DNA of 64,000 nucleotides. Origin: Eledone cirrhosa (taxonomy: Eukaryota). The notes beneath the pieces are model-generated. The model did no database searches. It had not been told where the DNA came from and saw only the letters and a list, made by a program, of their open reading frames with translations. The stretch covers positions 21,514,001-21,578,000 of the forward strand of contig OZ024741.1 in assembly GCA_964016885.1 (NCBI GenBank). The letters run 5' to 3'. Position numbers and translations under genes: made by a program. Below are positions 1 to 15,000 of this stretch, one piece after another; within the stretch, counting starts at the first letter, position 1, and each line of letters starts with the position of its first letter.

Positions 1-3000
1 CTCAACCATGACACTTTATTACATTTTGTCTTCTCAACCATGATACTTTATTACATGTTGTGTTCTCAACCAAGACACTTTATTACATGTTGTGTTCTCA
101 ACCAAGACACTTTATTACATGTGTTTTCTACCAAGACACTTTACTACATGTTGCTTTCTCAACCATGACACTTTATTACATGTTATGTTCTCAACCAAGA
201 CACTTTGTTACATGTGTGCTCAAGCAAGACACTTTATTACATGTGTTCTCAACCAAGACACTTTATTACATGTTATGTTCTCAACCATGACACTTTACTA
301 CATGTGTTCTCAACCATGACACTTCATTACATTTTGTCTTCTCAACCATGATACTTTATTAGATGTTGTGTTCTCAACCATGACACTTTATTATATGTGT
401 TCTCAACCAAGACACTTTATTACGTGTTCTCAACCAAGACACTTTATTACATGTTATGTTCTCAACCAAGACAATTTATTACATGTGTTCTCAACCAAGA
501 CACTTTACTACATGTGTTTTCAACCATGACACTTTATTACATGTGTTCTCAACCAAGACACTTTATTACATGTTATGTTCTACACCATGACACTTTATTA
601 CATGTTGTGTTCTCAACCAAGACACTTTATTACATGTTGTGTTCTCAAGCAACACACTTTATTACATGTGTTCTCAACCAAGACACTTTATTACAAGTGT
701 TCTCAACCATGACACTTTATTACATGTGTTCTCAACTAATACACTTTATTACATGTTGTGTTCTCAACCAAGACACTTTATTACATGTGTTCTCAAGCAA
801 GACACTTCATTACATGTGTTCTCAAGCAAGACACTTTATTACATGTGTTCTCAAGCAAGACACTTTGTTACATGTGTTCTCAAGCAAGACACTTTATTAC
901 ATGTGTTCTCAACCAAGGCACTTTATTACATGTTGTGTTCTCAACCAAGACACTTTATTACATGTGTTCTCAAGCATGACACTTTACTACATGTTGTGTT
1001 CTCAATCATGACACTTTATTACATGTTATGTTCTCAACCAAGACACTTTATTACATGTGTTCTCAAGCAAGACACTTTATTACATGTTGTGTTCTCAACC
1101 AAGACACTTCATTACATGTTATGTTCTCAACCATGAGACTTTATTACATGTGTTCTCAACCATGACACTTTACTACATGTGTTATCAATCATGACACTTT
1201 ATTACATGTTGTTCTCAACCAAGACTCTTTATTACATGTTGTGTTCTCAACCAAGGCACTTTATTACATGTTATGTTCTCAACAAAGACATTTTATTACA
1301 TGTGTTCTCAACCAAGACACTTTATTACATGTTGTGTTGTCAACGAAGACACTTTATTACATGTGTTCTCAACCAAGACAATTTATTATATGTGTTCTCA
1401 ACCAAGACACTTTATTACATGTTATGTTCTCAACCAAGACACTTTATTACATGGGTTCTCAAGCAAGACACTTTATTACATGTTATGTTCTCAACCAAGG
1501 TACTTTAATACATGTGTTCTCAAGCAAGACACTTTGTTACATGTGTTCACAAGCAAGACACTTTATTACATGTGTTCTCAACCAAGGCACTTTATTACAT
1601 GTTGTGTTCTCAACCAAGACACTTTATTACATGTTGTGTTCTCAACCAAGACACTTTATTACATGTTATGTTCTCAACCAAGACACTTTATTACATGTGT
1701 TCTCAACCAAGACACTTTATTACATGTTGTGTTCTCAAGCAATACATTTATTACATGTGTTCTCAACCAAGACACTTTTTTACATGTTATGTTCTCAACC
1801 AAGACACTTTATTACATGTGTTCTCTACCAAGACACTTTACTACATGTTGTGTTCTCAACCATGACACTTTATTACATGTTATGTTCTCAACCAAGACAC
1901 TTCATTACATGTGTTCTCAAGCAAGACACTTTATTACATGTGTTCTCAACCAAGACTCTTTATTATATGTTATGTTCTCAACCATGACACTTTATTACAT
2001 GTGTTCTCAAGCATGACACTTTACTACATGTTGTGTTCTCAATCATGACACTTTATTACATGTTATGTTCTCAACCAAGACACTTTATTACATGTGTTCT
2101 CAAGCAAGACACTTTATTACATGTTGTGTTCTCAACCAAGACACTTCATTACATGTTATGTTCTCAACCATGACACTTTATTACATGTGTTCTCAACCAT
2201 GACACTTTACTACATGTGTTCTCAATCATGACACTTTATTACATGTTATGTTCTCAACCAAGACACTTTATTACATGTTGTGTTCTCAACCAAGACACTT
2301 TATTACATGTTATGTTCTCAACAAAGACATTTTATTACATGTGTTCTCAACCAAGACACTTTATTACATGTTGTGTTCTCAACCAAGACACTTTATTACA
2401 TGTGTTCTCGACCAAGACACTTTATTACATGTGTTCTCAACCAAGACACTTTATTACCTGTTGTGTTCTCAACCATGACACTTTATTACATGTTGTGTTC
2501 TCAACCAAGACACTTTATTACATGTTATGTTCTCAACCAAGACACTTTATTACATGTCTTCTCAAGCAAGACACTTTATTACATATGTTCTCAACCAAGA
2601 CACTTTATTACATGTTATGTTCTCAACCAAGACACTTTATTACATGTGTTCTTAACCAAGACACTTTATTACATGTGTTCTCAACCATGACACTTTATTA
2701 CATGTTGTGTTCTCAACCAAGACACTTTATTATATGGTGTGTTCTCAAACAAGACACTTTATTACATGTTGTGTTCTCAACCAAGCCACTTTATTACATG
2801 TTATGTTCTCAACCAAGACACTTTATTACATGTTATGTTCTCAACCATGACACTTTATTACATGTTGTGTTCTCAACCATGACACTTTATTACATGTTGT
2901 GTTCTCAACCATGACACTTTATTACATTTTGTCTTCTCAACCATGATACTTTATTACATGTTGTGTTCTCAACCAAGACACTTTATTACATGTTGTGTTC

Positions 3001-6000
3001 TCAACCAAGACACTTTATTACATGTTGTGTTTTCTACCAAGACACTTTACTACATGTTGCTTTCTCAACCATGACACTTTATTACATGTTATGTTCTCAA
3101 CCAAGGTATTTTAATACATGTGTTCTCAAGCAAGACACTTTGTTACATGTGTTCACAAGCAAGACACTTTATTACATGTGTTCTCAACCAAGGCACTTTA
3201 TTACATGTTGTGTTCTCAACCAAGACACTTTATTACATGTTGTGTTCTCAACCAAGACACTTTATTACATGTTATGTTCTCAACCAAGACACTTTATTAC
3301 ATGTGTTCTCAACCAAGACACTTTATTACATGTTGTGTTCTCAACCAAGACACTTTATTACATGTGTTCTCTACCAAGACACTTTACTACATGTTGTGTT
3401 CTCAACCATGACACTTTATTACATGTTATGTTCTCAACCAAGACACTTCATTACATGTGTTCTCAAGCAAGACACTTTATTACATGTGTTCTCAACCAAG
3501 ACTCTTTATTATATGTTATGTTCTCAACCATGACACTTTATTACATGTGTTCTCAAGCATGACACTTTACTACATGTTGTGTTCTCAATCATGACACTTT
3601 ATTACATGTTATGTTCTCAACCAAGACACTTTATTACATGTGTTCTCAAGCAAGACACTTTATTACATGTTGTGTTCTCAACCAAGACACTTCATTACAT
3701 GTTATGTTCTCAACCATGACACTTTATTACATGTGTTCTCAACCATGACACTTTACTACATGTGTTCTCAATCATGACACTTTATTACATGTTATGTTCT
3801 CAACCAAGACACTTTATTACATGTTGTGTTCTCAACCAAGACACTTTATTACATGTTATGTTCTCAACAAAGACATTTTATTACATGTGTTCTCAACCAA
3901 GACACTTTATTACATGTTGTGTTCTCAACCAAGACACTTTATTACATGTGTTCTCGACCAAGACACTTTATTACATGTGTTCTCAACCAAGACACTTTAT
4001 TACATGTTGTGTTCTCAACCATGACACTTTATTACATGTTGTGTTCTCAACCAAGACACTTTATTACATGTTATGTTCTCAACCAAGACACTTTATTACA
4101 TGTCTTCTCAAGCAAGACACTTTATTACATATGTTCTCAACCAAGACACTTTATTACATGTTATGTTCTCAACCAAGACACTTTATTACATGTGTTCTCA
4201 ACCAAGACACTTTATTACATGTGTTCTCAACCAAGCCACTTTATTACATGTTATTTTCTCAACCAAGACACTTTATTACATGTTATGTTCTCAACCATGA
4301 CACTTTATTACATGTTGTGTTCTCAACCAAGCCGCTTTATTACATGTTATGTTCTCAACCAAGACACTTTATTACATGTTATGTTCTCAACCATGACACT
4401 TTATTACATGTTGTGTTCTCAACCATGACACTTTATTACATGTTGTGTTCTCAACCATGACACTTTATTACATTTTGTCTTCTCAACCATGATACTTTAT
4501 TACATGTTGTGTTCTCAACCAAGACACTTTATTACATGTTGTGTTCTCAACCAAGACACTTTATTACATGTTGTGTTTTCTACCAAGACACTTTACTACA
4601 TGTTGCTTTCTCAACCATGACACTTTATTACATGTTATGTTCTCAACCAAGACACTTTGTTACATGTGTGCTCAAGCAAGACACTTTATTACATGTGTTC
4701 TCAACCAAGACACTTTATTACATGTTATGTTCTCAACCATGACACTTTACTACATGTTGTGTTCTCAACCATGACACTTCATTACATTTTGTCTTCTCAA
4801 CCATGATACTTTATTACATGTTGTGTTCTCAACCAAGACACTTTATTACATGTTATGTTCTCAACCATGACACTTTATTATATGTGTTCTCAACCAAGAC
4901 ACTTTATTACGTGTTCTCAACCAAGACACTTTATTACATGTTATGTTCTCAACCAAGACAATTTATTACATGTTGTGTTCTCAACCAAGACACTTTACTA
5001 CATGTGTTTTCAACCATGACACTTTATTACATGTGTTCTCAACCAAGACACTTTATTACATGTTATGTTCTACACCATGACATTTTATTACATGTTGTGT
5101 TCTCAACCAAGACACTTTATTACATGTTGTGTTCTCAAGCAACACACTTTATTACATGTGTTCTCAACCAAGACACTTTATTACAAGTGTTCTCAACCAT
5201 GACACTTTATTACATGTGTTCTCAACTAATACACTTTTTTACATGTTGTGTTCTCAACCAAGACACTTTATTACATGTGTTCTCAAGCAAGACACTTCAT
5301 TACATGTGTTCTCAAGCAAGACACTTTATTACATGTGTTCTCAAGCAAGACACTTTGTTACATGTGTTCTCAAGCAAGACACTTTATTACATGTGTTCTC
5401 AACCAAGGCACTTTATTACATGTTGTGTTCTCAACCAAGACACTTTATTACATGTGTTCTCAAGCATGACACTTTACTACATGTTGTGTTCTCAATCATG
5501 ACACTTTATTACATGTTATGTTCTCAACCAAGACACTTTATTACATGTGTTCTCAAGCAAGACACTTTATTACATGTTGTGTTCTCAACCAAGACACTTC
5601 ATTACATGTTATGTTCTCAACCATGAGACTTTATTACATGTGTTCTCAACCATGACACTTTACTACATGTGTTATCAATCATGACACTTTATTACATGTT
5701 ATGTTCTCAACCAAGACTCTTTATTACATGTTGTGTTCTCAACCAAGGCACTTTATTACATGTTATGTTCTCAACAAAGACATTTTATTACATGTGTTCT
5801 CAACCAAGACACTTTATTACATGTTGTGTTCTCAACGAAGACACTTTATTACATGTGTTCTCAACCAAGACAATTTATTACATGTGTTCTCAACCAAGAC
5901 ACTTTATTACATGTTATGTTCTCAACCAAGACACTTTATTACATGGGTTCTCAAGCAAGACACTTTATTACATGTTATGTTCTCAACCAAGGTACTTTAA

Positions 6001-9000
6001 TACATGTGTTCTCAAGCAAGACACTTTGTTACATCTGTTCACAAGCAAGACACTTTATTACATGTGTTCTCAACCAAGGCACTTTATTACATGTTGTGTT
6101 CTCAACCAAGACACTTTATTACATGTGTTCTCAACCAAGACACTTTATTACATGTTATGTTCTCAACCAAGACACTTTATTACATGTGTTCTCAACCAAG
6201 ACACTTTATTACATGTGTTCTCAACCAAGACACTTTATTACATGTTGTGTTCTCAAGCAATACATTTATTACATGTGTTCTCAACCAAGACACTTTTTTA
6301 CATGTTATGTTCTCAACCAAGACACTTTATTACATGTGTTCTCTACCAAGACACTTTACTACATGTTGTGTTCTCAACCATGACACTTTATTACGTTATG
6401 TTCTCAACCAAGACACTTCATTACATGTGTTCTCAAGCAAGACACTTTATTACATGTGTTCTCAACCAAGACTCTTTATTATATGTTATGTTCTCCACCA
6501 TGACACTTTCTTACATGTTATGTTCTCAACCAAGACACTTTATTACATGTGTTCTCAAGCAAGACACTTTATTACATGTTGTGTTCTCTACCAAGACACT
6601 TTACTACATGTTGCTTTCTCAACCATTACACTTTATTACATGTTATGTTCTCAACCAAGACACTTTGTTACATGTGTGCTCAAGCAAGACACTTTATTAC
6701 ATGTGTTCTCAACCAAGACACTTTATTACATGTTATGTTCTCAACCATGACACTTTACTACATGTTGTGTTCTCAACCATGACACTTCATTACATTTTGT
6801 CTTCTCAACCATGATACTTTATTACATGTTGTGTTCTCAACCAAGACACTTTATTACATGTTATGTTCTCAACCATGTCACTTTATTACATGTTGTGTTC
6901 TCAACCATGACACTTTATTACATGTTATGTTCTCAACCAAGACACTTTATTACATGTTATGTTCTCAACCAAGACACTTTATTACATGTTGTGTTCTCAA
7001 CCAAGACACTTTACTACATGTGTTTTCAACCATGACACTTTACTACATGTTGTGTTCTCAACCATGACACTTTATTACATGTGTTCTCAACCAAGACACT
7101 TTATTACATGTGTTCTCAACCAAGACACTTTATTACATGTTATGTTCTACACCATGACACTTTATTACATGTTGTGTTCTCAACCAAGACACTTTATTAC
7201 ATGTTGTGTTCTCAAGCAACACACTTTATTACATGTGTTCTCAACCAAGACACTTTATTACAAGTGTTCTCAACCATGACACTTTATTACATGTGTTCTC
7301 AACTAATACACTTTATTACATGTTGTGTTCTCAACCAAGACACTTTATTACATGTGTTCTCAAGCAAGACACTTCATTACATGTGTTCTCAAGCAAGACA
7401 CTTCATTACATGTGTTCTCAAGCAAGACACTTTATTACATGTGTTCTCAAGCAAGACACTTTGTTACATGTGTTCTCAAGCAAGACACTTTATTACATGT
7501 GTTCTCAACCAAGGCACTTTATTACATGTTGTGTTCTCAACCAAGACACTTTATTACATGTGTTCTCAAGCATGACACTTTACTACATGTTGTGTTCTCA
7601 ATCATGACACTTTATTACATGTTATGTTCTCAACCAAGACACTTTATTACATGTGTTCTCAAGCAAGACACTTTATTACATGTTGTGTTCTCAACCAAGA
7701 CACTTCATTACATGTTATGTTCTCAACCATGAGACTTTATTACATGTGTTCTCAACCATGACACTTTACTACATGTTGTGTTATCAATCATGACACTTTA
7801 TTACATGTTATGTTCTCAACCAAGACTCTTTATTACATGTTGTGTTCTCAACCAAGGCACTTTATTACATGTTATGTTCTCAACAAAGACATTTTATTAC
7901 ATGTGTTCTCAACCAAGACACTTTGTTACATGTTGTGTTCTCAACGAAGACACTTTATTACATGTGTTCTCAACCAAGACAATTTATTACATGTGTTCTC
8001 AACCAAGACACTTTATTACATGTTATGTTCTCAACCAAGACACTTTATTACATGGGTTCTCAAGCAAGACACTTTATTACATGTTATGTTCTCAACCAAG
8101 GTACTTTAATACATGTGTTCTCAAGCAAGACACTTTGTTACATCTGTTCACAAGCAAGACACTTTATTACATGTGTTCTCAACCAAGGCACTTTATTACA
8201 TGTTGTGTTCTCAACCAAGACACCTTATTACATGTTTTGTTCTCAACCAAGACACTTTATTACATGTTATGTTCTCAACCAAGACACTTTATTACATGTG
8301 TTCTCAACCAAGACACTTTATTACATGTTGTGTTCACAAGCAATACATTTATTACATGTGTTCTCAACCAAGACACTTTTTTACATGTTATGTTCTCAAC
8401 CAAGACACTTTATTACATGTGTTCTCTACCAAGACACTTTACTACATGTTGTGTTCTCAACCATGACACTTTATTACATGTTATATTCTCAACCAAGACA
8501 CTTTATTACATGTGTTCTCAAGCAAGACACTTTATTACATGTTGTGTTCTCAACCAAGACACTTCATTACATGTTATGTTCTCAACCATGACACTTTATT
8601 ACATGTGTTCTCAACCATGACACTTTACTACATGTGTTCTCAATCATGACACTTTATTACATGTTGTGTTCTCAACCAAGACACTTTATTACATGTTATG
8701 TTCTCAACAAAGACATTTTATTACATGTGTTCTCAACCAAGACACTTTATTACATGTTGTGTTCTCAACCAAGACACTTTATTACATGTGTTCTCAACCA
8801 AGACACTTTATTACATGTTATGTTCTCAACCAAGACACTTTATTACATGTGTTCTCAACCAAGACACTTTATTACATGTTGTGTTCTCAACCATGACACT
8901 TTATTACATGTTGTGTTCTCAACCAAGACACTTTATTACATGTTATGTTCTCAACCAAGACACTTTATTACATGTCTTCTCAAGCAAGACACTTTATTAC

Positions 9001-12000
9001 ATATGTTCTCAACCAAGACACTTTATTACATGTTATGTTCTCAACCAAGACACTTTATTACATGTCTTCTCAACCAAGACACTTTATTACATGCGTTCTC
9101 AACCATGACACTTTATTACATGTTATGTTCTCAACCATGTCACTTTATTACATGTTGTGTTCTCAACCAAGGCACTTTATTACATGTTATGTTCTCAACA
9201 AAGACATTTTATTACATGTGTTCTCAACCAAGACACTTTATTACATGTTGTGTTCTCAACCAAGACACTTTATTACATGTGTTCTCAACCAAGACACTTT
9301 ATTACATGTGTTCTCAAGCAAGACACTTTATTACATGTGTTCTCAACCATGACACTTTATTACATGTTGTGTTCTCAACCAAGACTCTTTATTATATGTT
9401 ATGTTCTCAACCATGACACTTTATTACATGTGTTCTCAAGCATGACACTTTACTACATGTTGTGTTCTCAATCATGACACTTTATTACATGTTATGTTCT
9501 CAACCAAGACACTTTATTACATGTGTTCTCAAGCAAGACACTTTATTACATGTGTTCTCAACCAAGACACTTCATTACATGTTATGTTCTCAACCATGAC
9601 ACTTTATTACATGTGTTCTCAACCATGACACTTTACTACATGTTGTGTTATCAATCATGACACTTTATTACATGTTATGTTCTCAACCAAGACTCTTTAT
9701 TACATGTTGTGTTCTCAACCAAGACACTTTATTACATGTTATGTTCTCAACAAAGACATTTTATTACATGTGTTCTCAACAAAGACACTTTATTACATGT
9801 TGTGTTCTCAACCAAGACTCTTTATTACATGTGTTCTCAACCAAGACACTTTATTACATGTGTTCTCAACCAAGACACTTTATTACATGTTGTGTTCTCA
9901 ACCATGACACTTTATTACATGTTGTGTTCTCAACCAAGACACTTTATTACATGTTATATTCTCAACCAAGACACTTTATTACATGTCTTCTCAAGCAATA
10001 CATTTATTACATGTGTTCTCAACCAAGACACTTTTTTACATGTTATGTTCTCAACCAAGACACTTTATTACATGTGTTCTCTACCAAGACACTTTACTAC
10101 ATGTTGTGTTCTCAACCATGACACTTTATTACATGTTATGTTCTCAACCAAGACACTTCATTACATGTGTTCTCAAGCAAGACACTTTATTACATGTGTT
10201 CTCAACCAAGACTCTTTATTATATGTTATGTTCTCAACCATGACACTTTATTACATGTGTTCTCAAGCATGACACTTTACTACATGTTGTGTTCTCAATC
10301 ATGACACTTTATTACATGTTATGTTCTCAACCAAGACACTTTATTACATGTGTTCTCAAGCAAGACACTTTATTACATGTTGTGTTCTCAACCAAGACAC
10401 TTCATTACATGTTATGTTCTCAACCATGACACTTTATTACATGTGTTCTCAACCATGACACTTTACTACATGTGTTCTCAATCATGACACTTTATTACAT
10501 GTTATGTTCTCAACCAAGACACTTTATTACATGTTGTGTTCTCAACCAAGACACTTTATTACATGTTATGTTCTCAACAAAGACATTTTATTACATGTGT
10601 TCTCAACCAAGACACTTTATTACATGTTGTGTTCTCAACCAAGACACTTTATTACATGTGTTCTCGACCAAGACACTTTATTACATGTGTTCTCAACCAA
10701 GACACTTTATTACATGTTGTGTTCTCAACCATGACACTTTATTACATGTTGTGTTCTCAACCAAGACACTTTATTACATGTTATGTTCTCAACCAAGACA
10801 CTTTATTACATGTCTTCTCAAGCAAGACACTTTATTACATATGTTCTCAACCAAGACACTTTATTACATGTTATGTTCTCAACCAAGACATTTTATTACA
10901 TGTGTTCTCAACCAAGACACTTTATTACATGTGTTCTCAACCATGACACTTTATTACATGTTATTTTCTCAACCAAGCCACTTTATTACATGGTGTGTTC
11001 TCAAACAAGACACTTTATTACATGTTGTGTTCTCAACCAAGCCGCTTTATTACATGTTATGTTCTCAACCAAGACACTTTATTACATGTTATGTTCTCAA
11101 CCATGACACTTTATTACATGTTGTGTTCTCAACCATGACACTTTATTACATGTTGTGTTCTCAACCATGACACTTTATTACATTTTGTCTTCTCAACCAT
11201 GATACTTTATTACATGTTGTGTTCTCAACCAAGACACTTTATTACATGTTGTGTTCTCAACCAAGACACTTTATTACATGTTGTGTTTTCTACCAAGACA
11301 CTTTACTACATGTTGCTTTCTCAACCATGACACTTTATTACATGTTATGTTCTCAACCAAGACACTTTGTTACATGTGTGCTCAAGCAAGACACTTTATT
11401 ACATGTGTTCTCAACCAAGACACTTTATTACATGTTATGTTCTCAACCATGACACTTTACTACATGTTGTGTTCTCAACCATGACACTTCATTACATTTT
11501 GTCTTCTCAACCATGATACTTTATTACATGTTGTGTTCTCAACCAAGACACTTTATTACATGTTATGTTCTCAACCATGACACTTTATTATATGTGTTCT
11601 CAACCAAGACACTTTATTACGTGTTCTCAACCAAGACACTTTATTACATGTTATGTTCTCAACCAAGACAATTTATTACATGTTGTGTTCTCAACCAAGA
11701 CACTTTACTACATGTGTTTTCAACCATGACACTTTATTACATGTGTTCTCAACCAAGACACTTTATTACATGTTATGTTCTACACCATGACATTTTATTA
11801 CATGTTGTGTTCTCAACCAAGACACTTTATTACATGTTGTGTTCTCAAGCAACACACTTTATTACATGTGTTCTCAACCAAGACACTTTATTACAAGTGT
11901 TCTCAACCATGACACTTTATTACATGTGTTCTCAACTAATACACTTTATTACATGTTGTGTTCTCAACCAAGACACTTTATTACATGTGTTCTCAAGCAA

Positions 12001-15000
12001 GACACTTCATTACATGTGTTCTCAAGCAAGACACTTTATTACATGTGTTTTCAACCATGACACTTTACTACATGTTGTGTTCTCAACCATGACACTTTAT
12101 TACATGTGTTCTCAACCAAGACACTTTATTACATGTGTTCTCAACCAAGACACTTTATTACATGTTATGTTCTACACCATGACACTTTATTACATGTTGT
12201 GTTCTCAACCAAGACACTTTATTACATGTTGTGTTCTCAAGCAACACACTTTATTACATGTGTTCTCAACCAAGACACTTTATTACAAGTGTTCTCAACC
12301 ATGACACTTTATTACATGTGTTCTCAACTAATACACTTTATTACATGTTGTGTTCTCAACCAAGACACTTTATTACATGTGTTCTCAAGCAAGACACTTC
12401 ATTACATGTGTTCTCAAGCAAGACACTTCATTACATGTGTTCTCAAGCAAGACACTTTATTACATGTGTTCTCAAGCAAGACACTTTGTTACATGTGTTC
12501 TCAAGCAAGACACTTTATTACATGTGTTCTCAACGAAGGCACTTTATTACATGTGTTCTCAACCAAGACACTTTATTACATGTGTTCTCAAGCATGACAC
12601 TTTACTACATGTTGTGTTCTCAATCATGACACTTTATTACATGTTATGTTCTCAACCAAGACACTTTATTACATGTGTTCTCAAGCAAGACACTTTATTA
12701 CATGTTGTGTTCTCAACCAAGACACTTCATTACATGTTATGTTCTCAACCATGAGACTTTATTACATGTGTTCTCAACCATGACACTTTACTACATGTTG
12801 TGTTATCAATCATGACACTTTATTACATGTTATGTTCTCAACCAAGACTCTTTATTACATGTTGTGTTCTCAACCAAGGCACTTTATTACATGTTATGTT
12901 CTCAACAAAGACACTTTATTACATGTTGTGTTCTCAACGAAGACACTTTATTACATGTGTTCTCAACCAAGACAATTTATTACATGTGTTCTCAACCAAG
13001 ACACTTTATTACATGTTATGTTCTCAACCAAGACACTTTGTTACATCTGTTCACAAGCAAGACACTTTATTACATGTGTTCTCAACCAAGGCACTTTATT
13101 ACATGTTGTGTTCTCAACCAAGACACTTTATTACATGTTGTGTTCTCAACCAAGACACTTTATTACATGTTATGTTCTCAACCAAGACACTTTATTACAT
13201 GTGTTCTCAACCAAGACACTTTATTACATGTTGTGTTCTCAAGCAATACATTTATTACATGTGTTCTCAAGCAAGACACTTTTTTAGATGTTATGTTCTC
13301 AACCAAGACACTTTATTACATGTGTTCTCTACCAAGACACTTTACTACATGTTGTGTTCTCAACCATGACACTTTATTACATGTTATGTTCTCAACCAAG
13401 ACACTTCATTACATGTGTTCTCAAGCAAGACACTTTATTACATGTGTTCTCAACCAAGACTCTTTATTATATGTTATGTTCTCAACCATGACACTTTATT
13501 ACATGTGTTCTCAAGCATGACACTTTACTACATGTTGTGTTCTCAATCATGACACTTTATTACATGTTATGTTCTCAACCAAGACACTTTATTACATGTG
13601 TTCTCAAGCAAGACACTTTATTACATGTTGTGTTCTCAACCAAGACACTTCATTACATGTTATGTTCTCAACCATGACACTTTATTACATGTGTTCTCAA
13701 CCATGACACTTTACTACATGTGTTCTCAATCATGACACTTTATTACATGTTATGTTCTCAACCAAGACACTTTATTACATGTTGTGTTCTCAACCAAGAC
13801 ACTTTATTACATGTTATGTTCTCAACAAAGACATTTTATTACATGTGTTCTCAACCAAGACACTTTATTACATGTTGTGTTCTCAACCAAGACACTTTAT
13901 TACATGTGTTCTCGACCAAGACACTTTATTACATGTGTTCTCAACCAAGACACTTTATTACATGTTGTGTTCTCAACCATGACACTTTATTACATGTTGT
14001 GTTCTCAACCAAGACACTTTATTACATGTTATGTTCTCAACCAAGACACTTTATTACATGTCTTCTCAAGCAAGACACTTTATTACATATGTTCTCAACC
14101 AAGACACTTTATTACATGTTATGTTCTCAACCAAGACACTTTATTACATGTGTTCTCAAGCAAGACACTTTATTACATGTGTTCTCAACCATGACACTTT
14201 ATTACATGTTATTTTCTCAACCAAGCCACTTTATTACATGGTGTGTTCTCAAACAAGACACTTTATTACATGTTGTGTTCTCAACCAAGCCGCTTTATTA
14301 CATGTTATGTTCTCAACCAAGACACTTTATTACATGTTATGTTCTCAACCATGACACTTTATTACATGTTGTGTTCTCAACCATGACACTTTATTACATG
14401 TTGTGTTCTCAACCATGACACTTTATTACATTTTGTCTTCTCAACCATGATACTTTATTACATGTTGTGTTCTCAACCAAGACACTTTATTACATGTTGT
14501 GTTCTCAACCAAGACACTTTATTACATGTTGTGTTTTCTACCAAGACACTTTACTACATGTTGCTTTCTCAACCATGACACTTTATTACATGTTATGTTC
14601 TCAACCAAGACACTTTGTTACATGTGTGCTCAAGCAAGACACTTTATTACATGTGTTCTCAACCAAGACACTTTATTACATGTTATGTTCTCAACCATGA
14701 CACTTTACTACATGTTGTGTTCTCAACCATGACACTTCATTACATTTTGTCTTCTCAACCATGATACTTTATTACATGTTGTGTTCTCAACCAAGACACT
14801 TTATTACATGTTATGTTCTCAACCATGACACTTTATTATATGTGTTCTCAACCAAGACACTTTATTACGTGTTCTCAACCAAGACACTTTATTACATGTT
14901 ATGTTCTCAACCAAGACAATTTATTACATGTTGTGTTCTCAACCAAGACACTTTACTACATGTGTTTTCAACCATGACACTTTATTACATGTGTTCTCAA